Shown: positions 55,361 to 64,000 of the stretch, in pieces
Layout: every line of letters begins with the position of its first letter
Position numbering within the stretch: position 1 is the first letter of the stretch
Origin: the human T2T-CHM13v2.0 reference genome, Homo sapiens
DNA length: 64,000 nucleotides
Reading direction: 5' to 3' (one strand)
Assembly (NCBI RefSeq): GCF_009914755.1
Contig: NC_060926.1
Notes under the pieces: generated by a model
Databases searched by the model: none
The model's input: the letters and a program-made list of their open reading frames with translations, nothing else
Told to the model about the DNA's origin: nothing
Translations under genes and position numbers: made by a program

Positions 55361-58127
55361 CCAAAATGAGGTCACCTTGGATGAACTGGCTGCCTCTGGA
55401 ATCCAGTGTGGTACCAACTGAGTCCTTCACACTCTACGTTTCCATGAATTGCCTTTTTTGCCCTAATGAATCTCCTCTGGGATTATCTGACTACTCATTA
55501 TTTGCAAATTCATTTTTACATTATTTGGGATCTGAGTCAGTGATAAGCCCACCTTAAATACAGGACCTGGCATCCCCCTTGAGACTACAAAAGTATTGTT
55601 TGCTTTTGGCAGGCCTTTTCTGGTATAAAGACAAGTGTCCTTATTTGAATACTCTGGTTTCCAAGAATAGATGTTTTGTCTGTGAGACACATCTTATCTG
55701 GTGAATTCACTTTGGTTCTGTTTCCCTAGTTTAAAATGTTGTTTTGTCTGAATGCCTGGCTTAAAATTTCTGTGAACACTATTATTTTGGTTTGGTTACA
55801 TGCATCTGTAAGTGATTTGGCTCTTTCATGTTTGATTCTCCCCTTGCTTGCTCTTCCAAGAGCAAAAATAACCATTCTAAATAGTGGTCGTTAGATGGCC
55901 AACGTAAAGTGCCTAGTGCAGTCACCACCATCTAAAACACCAGTCCAAACTCCTGACAGTCTCTGACAGGATTTGTAGATTTTTCTTTGCTTTTGAGAAA
56001 TTAACATGAAATGGAGTAAGATCCTCAAATATTAAGGCATGCCAGGCATCCCGGGACTCCAGCCAGCTACATGGCTTTTTCTTGTGCATATTTTTAAGTC
56101 AATGACTATCATGGGGCTCATTTAAACTCCCCAAGCCCATTTTCCATAGATATGAATTAGAAACTGCAACCAACTGTAAAGTCAACATGTAGAATCTTCT
56201 AAGTTCTTTATCTCTCTATTTTTTTTTCTGCCTACTTTGAATCCATTGATTTTCTGATGGTATTAAGATAAACTAACTCCTTATGCCATTCCAGCCAAGA
56301 TAGAAAACAAAACTTCAAGGGATTTCAAATTAATGGCTTTACAAATTACAGCAGCTCCATGGCAACCACTAACCTAGACCAAGGAGTCATCCTTTTTAAT
56401 GTAAATTTAGGTTTGCCTGGCTAATGATAACTTAGGGTGAGGGAATAGTTAATTGAAAAATTGATAGTCTGAGAAGAAAGAACTAGATAAATGTTTATAA
56501 AAGTTAGGCTCTCATATCAAATAGGTCAAAATCTTGAGCTCAGATCAGTAATAAATGTTCTCCGTCTGGCATAAAATTGCTTTGTCTGCCACACATGGCC
56601 CTGCTAAGAGCCATAAAAAGTGCAAATTATGTTTTCTTAAAAAATGCTTTCTTCCGTGCATTAACTAGTCAGACCAGCAAACAAAAGAAAAATATGTTAC
56701 TAAAATTCAAGGTAACCTGAAGATTTTGTTTTTCTTTTACACTTCAGCCAGTCATAGCTTAAATGTAGAAGTCTGAAAATTTAACTCTAAACACAATTTG
56801 AAGCTGTAAGGGGGACGAAAAATGTAAATAAGGATTTTTTTTAAAGCCAAACTGGTTTACCCAAAATTTTGGCCCATAGCCTTTGTAAGATTACCTACCA
56901 CAGCAAATAAGTTTAGATATGTCAACAGTTCCCATTTTATTAGAAATATAATTTGTACTTAAATATGTTTTATAAATTTGTGGATTTGTAGTTTGTATTA
57001 CTATCTTTTACTGTCTCATAATTAAAATTCTAAAATGAAAGCTCTAAATCTTTGATTGTATGTGAATAGATATTTGGTGTTTTTATACATATATAAATGC
57101 ATCATGTTGTATTTCATGGCTACATGGTAAAATCTGCACTAGTCAGCTAGATATTTCTTAAGAAATTCTATTCAGGTTGTCTTAGATAAGTGAGCAATCA
57201 CATAAATATTGTTAAAATGTATAGTAATTAATCCAAATGCTTTTTAATTCATGAGACTTAAGTAAATCTTTAACAAATAAGCTAGTATTAAATTTGTAGA
57301 TAAAATAAAAAAAGAATCATTTTGAGAATTGTCAGCATACATTTTTATCTGGGATTATCGGTCAGACAGTTTTGTATTTGTCTCTGCAAGATGTCTTAAG
57401 GTGTCAGGATTTGACACAAAATTTATAAAATTATAAACCTAGAAAACACAGAGTGAATGTTCTTTGTTTTTGTAACTCTTTGATAAGTAAGGTTAATTTA
57501 ATATTGTTGGTTTAATTAAACAACTGTATCTTTTGACTTATCAGTAAAATATCTATAAATCTAAGTTTTTTACTTAGGTGAACATGTGATATTTACAGTC
57601 TATAAAAATGGTTAACAAGGGTATATGTTAAAATAATGACTAGTTCTGTTTACATTATCAGTATATATAAGTAATCCAGGAATAATTGATCAAAATAAAT
57701 AAATATAAATGGAATAAATGTTAATAAAGAAATTTTTATGTATTTTAAAATCTTAAAGTTAGGTTAAATTAAGTAATAGATAACAATTTTCAAGTAACAT
57801 AAAATACTAAAACATTAATTGTTGAGTATAAATATTTGTTATTGGCTTCTTAAATTTTACAGAAAGACTGCATGTATTTATGTCTATTAATATGCATAAA
57901 ATTATGTTATGGAGAAATATTTCTACAAATGACAAAATGTTTTACATCTGGAAAATACTGACATGTGACAAGATAGTTCAAAATGTCTTGCTTCCTAGAT
58001 TTAACTAGAAATAAGTTTACTAAGAGTTAAAATTCTAATTAATATATATAACTTTGTGCACAAAGTATGCAAAAAATGTGTTTTTTATGAGAACAATTAT
58101 ATGACATATGTGCTCTTTTTGAGAAGA

Positions 58128-60253
<2,126 letters not shown>

Positions 60254-62273
60254 ATTCAAAACAAACAACTCATCAGATAATATTCTGTGTTCTATGTTGT
60301 CTTGGTGTCTTTATTAGGTTTTTCGATTACATAGAAAACTGAACTTTCAAAGTATTGGTTTTTGTTTTGTTTTTACCTTCATGTAATTTTCTGTATCACT
60401 TTTGAAGTAGAACTTGGATTATCATTCTGGATAAATGAAGGACATTATCTTACAATGACATGTCATGATGTTTTGATCAAGGTTTTAAAATTTTTGGCAT
60501 TTTTGATGGGCGTCCCCAGTATCAAAATTCTAAATTAAGTCTTTTTCACCTAGAATTAACTAACTGACTTAACAGTTGATCCTTTGCAGAGCATTAAGGG
60601 GCGTTATCACTCATGTTGCAGTAATATCAAATGATTAGGCATATTTGGTAAATTGTATGGATAATATTGTCAAATGATAAATGATGCTGAATCTTCTTTC
60701 AGATAGGTGTGTTTTAAATATGAGTTTCAAAAACTATATAAATTTATAGAAATCTAATATGGTTTTAGTCATAATCTCATTTGTTATGTTAAAATGTTAT
60801 GTGCCACAAAAATAACCAAATTTCCATGTCAATTGATCAATATAACTAAACTTCCATCATATTTTTAGCCATGGCTATTCTAAGTCTCTTTTATCCACAA
60901 TTTTGATACTTCTCTAAAAGCATTTGCAATTAGATTCATGGAAAATAACTAGTATTCTTAAACACAGGTTTCTAAAACTTGAAGATCAATGAACTACTAA
61001 AAATTTCCAGAACTCTAATGAAGAAAATAATGGTTTCATGAAACTGCTAATCAAGATCAAGCAGAACAAAAATTAATTATATGAGATTGAATGACTGCTG
61101 AAAGTGGTGCGCTTATGCCTTTTATTTAAAATAGTGTTTTTGCTCTTTACTTACTTTTTTCCTATATTTAAGAACATTTTCTATCATAAGCTATCTATAT
61201 TTTAGAGCAATTTAATAAAATATACTTCTGTGAATAAAAGTGGAAATATGTGCTTTTTATTTCTACCTAGCCACTCCAAAATATAAAAACTAATTATGAC
61301 TGTTCTTGTTTCTTGTAGCAATATGCTTATTTGTACAAGTTCAGTAAGAATGTACTCTCTTTATAGCTGGATACAATTAGAAACATTGTTCATATTACCA
61401 AGGCTTCTACTGGAATGCCATATTGAGAACAGGGTATAATACCTGGCTTCCAAGATTCCCGGCCTTACAGTCAGTGAGTAAATATTATCACATCCCGAGA
61501 GGCCCAAGAACCTTAAGACTACATGTGAAAACTACAGTCTGCCTTTGTTTGGCTTCCTAATCTCAAAAGGTTTTAAAGTTTGAGATTCCTATATAATCAA
61601 TCACATATAAATGATCAGACCAAAATTGATAAAATAAACTTACTTTCACAAAAATTATCTTTATTATCTTTAGTAGAATTGGAGATTATTATGAATAAAA
61701 AAGTTATTTTTCTAAAGAAAAACTATAATACAATCTTTATTAAACTGAAGCTCTATGCATGGTTTTTGAGTTCTTCTTATCCTCCTATAGACTGGACTGG
61801 TTCTTAAATTCTTCATGGTTCCTCTAATCTAATTATTTTCCATAAAACTATTAAAACCAGGAACTACTCTTCTTGAAGAACTATAAGCTGAAACTAAATA
61901 AATTTCAAGAGACAAGTCTTAGGCCTGACAAATGGGCCACACAGAAAGTTTATAAAGCTGCCAATAACATCACTAGAGACATTTAAACTGCAAACTAAGA
62001 CAAGAAGCTGATGACTTCATGCTATAGGTAGCTTTTCTCAAGATGTCAGAACAAGACTCCATATCATAATGATATTCTTACCCCTCTCAATGCCTACCAT
62101 TTTACTTGACAGGATAAGAGTGTAATTGAAATTTTACAATCAGTAGCTTCTGTTGGTAACTTGACAGAACCTGACCTAAGAGATCCTTTAATCTATTTAG
62201 TGGGTGACTTTGGCAACAACCAAAATATGACTGGTGTTCATTCTCTGCTTTAATTCAACCCAGCCGTGAGATA

Positions 62274-62510
62274 GTAGATGATAAAATTGCTTTATATTAT
62301 CTATTGGCTAGATAAGAAAACTACTTTGTTATTGCTAATACTACATGCTGTACCTGGACAAATTCATTTGGGAAAATTGAGACTCATATATATATAAAAT
62401 AAGAAAACAAGTCACATGGTTACAAAACAGGTGTCACCTAATTTGCATTTAATTTATTCAATTGGTTGCCTTTAAGACTAGATTCATGACTCAAAACTAT
62501 TATACAATAC
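62274..62510 (+). pseudogene. ERV env transmembrane-subunit remnant (ISD and CX6CC region)
   Basis: Manual translation VDDKIALYYLLAR*ENYFVIANTTCCTWTNSFGKIETH, then +2 frameshift, KIRKQVTWLQ, later FNLFNWLP. Confidence 0.8.
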
Positions 62511-62915
62511 TAAACCATTATGTTAAAAGTTCTTATGTTGCTTTTATATTACTTTACATGTTAAACATTTTACCTGTTACTTGCAAAATTTCTGCAAAAA
62601 TACAACTCTTAACAGAATAGTGCTGGCCAGCATTTTGAGATGATAGCCAATGCCTATGGAAGAGACAAAATTAAACTTAATAATGGTCTCCAGTTAGACT
62701 TGGCTTGAAAGCCACTCCCTCCAACTCTCCCTTGTTGCTCAAACATTGTTAAAATTCTGTTGACATTTATGGCTAGTCTCCAATCACTCACAAACTTGAG
62801 ACAAGACCAACAAGCCAGGAAAGGTCTATAATAGCACCAAGAGATAATCAAAACCAAACTACAGGAGGATTGGTCAGCAATGCTTTCAGAGAAAGATTGT
62901 AATAAAAAGGAAAAT

Positions 62916-63359
62916 TGTACAAGTTGTCAGAATCAAAATGGAGTCATTTTTTAAAAAGAAAAAACCCTGAATAATAGAACCAAGGAAAGCCATGAAGGGT
63001 GGCTTCTCATGCAAAAGCACCTGATAACAAAAACTATCACAAAAGAATATAAAAACCACAGCCTTGCATAAAGCCCTTTGCAAACTAATACAAAAAAATA
63101 CTCTCCAAGGACATTGGCCCAACAACTCCTTGTCTTACCTCAGACTTGGCACCACCCTTGTTATTGATTCTTATAGCCAAGGATAATTATCTCTAAACAA
63201 TTATGTAATCTTCCTCATTTTTTTGAAACTGTTTTTCTTTATCTCCCTGAATACATGTATTGTTTACCATGGCACATTGATTTTCATTGCAATGGTATAT
63301 TCCTGAATATATAAAATTGGTTTTAAAGGGCCTCTCTCTGCCTGTTATTCAGGCTAACA
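62916..63359 (+). mobile_element. 3' LTR (LTR37-like)
   Basis: tgtacaagttgtcagaatcaaaatggagtc start, tgttattcaggctaaca end (TG...CA). Confidence 0.88.
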
Positions 63360-63858
63360 TACCTCTTTCCCTCCCTTCAGCTAACACTTCATTTGGTTGA
63401 GGTCCCTTTTGTAGTGAGTGAATTAAACCTAGTTGCACACACGTAAAAGCCTTGACCACATAAGATTAGAGGGGCACAAGAGGGCACTCTGATGATCACC
63501 TTCACTCGTATCATACTTCTCTCAGCTCTCAATGTACTGAAACAACCTTGTTTCTTTGATGATCACAATCAATCACTTCAACTCAAAGTAATCTTTTCTG
63601 CCTATTCATGCTGTTACTGGAGGAACTGACAATAGCTATAATGCACACTAAGCTTTCAATTTGGTGGAGTCCGTTTGTGGTCCTCTGATGAATGAATTAT
63701 GCTTTAGGTAATCAAAAATAAGCACTAAGACTCTGAGGCAGCATAACAGGAAAGAGAAGTCTCATGTATCACACTATTACCTAAACTTAGGTCACATAAC
63801 CACCTTGAACTGATGTTTATCTCGACTTTTCTTGAGAAATATACATTTAATATTTTGG

Positions 63859-63990
63859 TCTCCTCTTCCTCTTTCTTCTTCTTCCTCCTTCCTTGACCTC
63901 CTCCATCTCTTCTTCCTCTTTCTCTTCCTCCTCCTCCTCCTTCTTATTCTTTTCTTCCTCCCCTCTCTCTTTTTCTCTCTCCCTCTGTCT
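63859..63990. repeat. CT-rich low-complexity tract, (CTT/CCT)n
   Basis: About 130 nt of near-pure pyrimidines. Confidence 0.9.
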
Positions 63991-64000
63991 TGTCTTATAT

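Overview
AT-rich, CpG-poor primate (human or great-ape) genomic DNA, intergenic or deep-intronic, made mostly of interspersed repeats. I find no credible host protein-coding exon, RNA gene or prokaryotic system. All long ORFs in the track are LINE-1 ORF1/ORF2/ORF0 fragments or Alu frames. Main landmarks: (1) a full-length but inactivated minus-strand L1PA3-type element (44467-50653) with a 13-bp TSD that still carries the ~129-bp ZNF93-target segment; (2) a 4.2-kb 5'-truncated L1PA12/13-like element without a TSD; (3) a multi-level nested block (old L1M > L1MC1 > MaLR and L1PA16) with a possible ancient 3' transduction; (4) a two-LTR, non-autonomous ERV1 (LTR37-like) provirus with a tRNA-Leu PBS and an env TM remnant, interrupted by a 3'-truncated L1PB that contains an AluY; (5) Tigger3b, MER1A, THE1/MLT1 LTRs, six Alus, and MIR/L2 relics. 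The most notable structure the repeats do not explain is a set of local templated duplications, especially a 165-bp unique segment copied into a (TA)n tract 705 bp away. Subfamily names come from remembered consensus features and were not computed. I do not see evidence for a new biological system.
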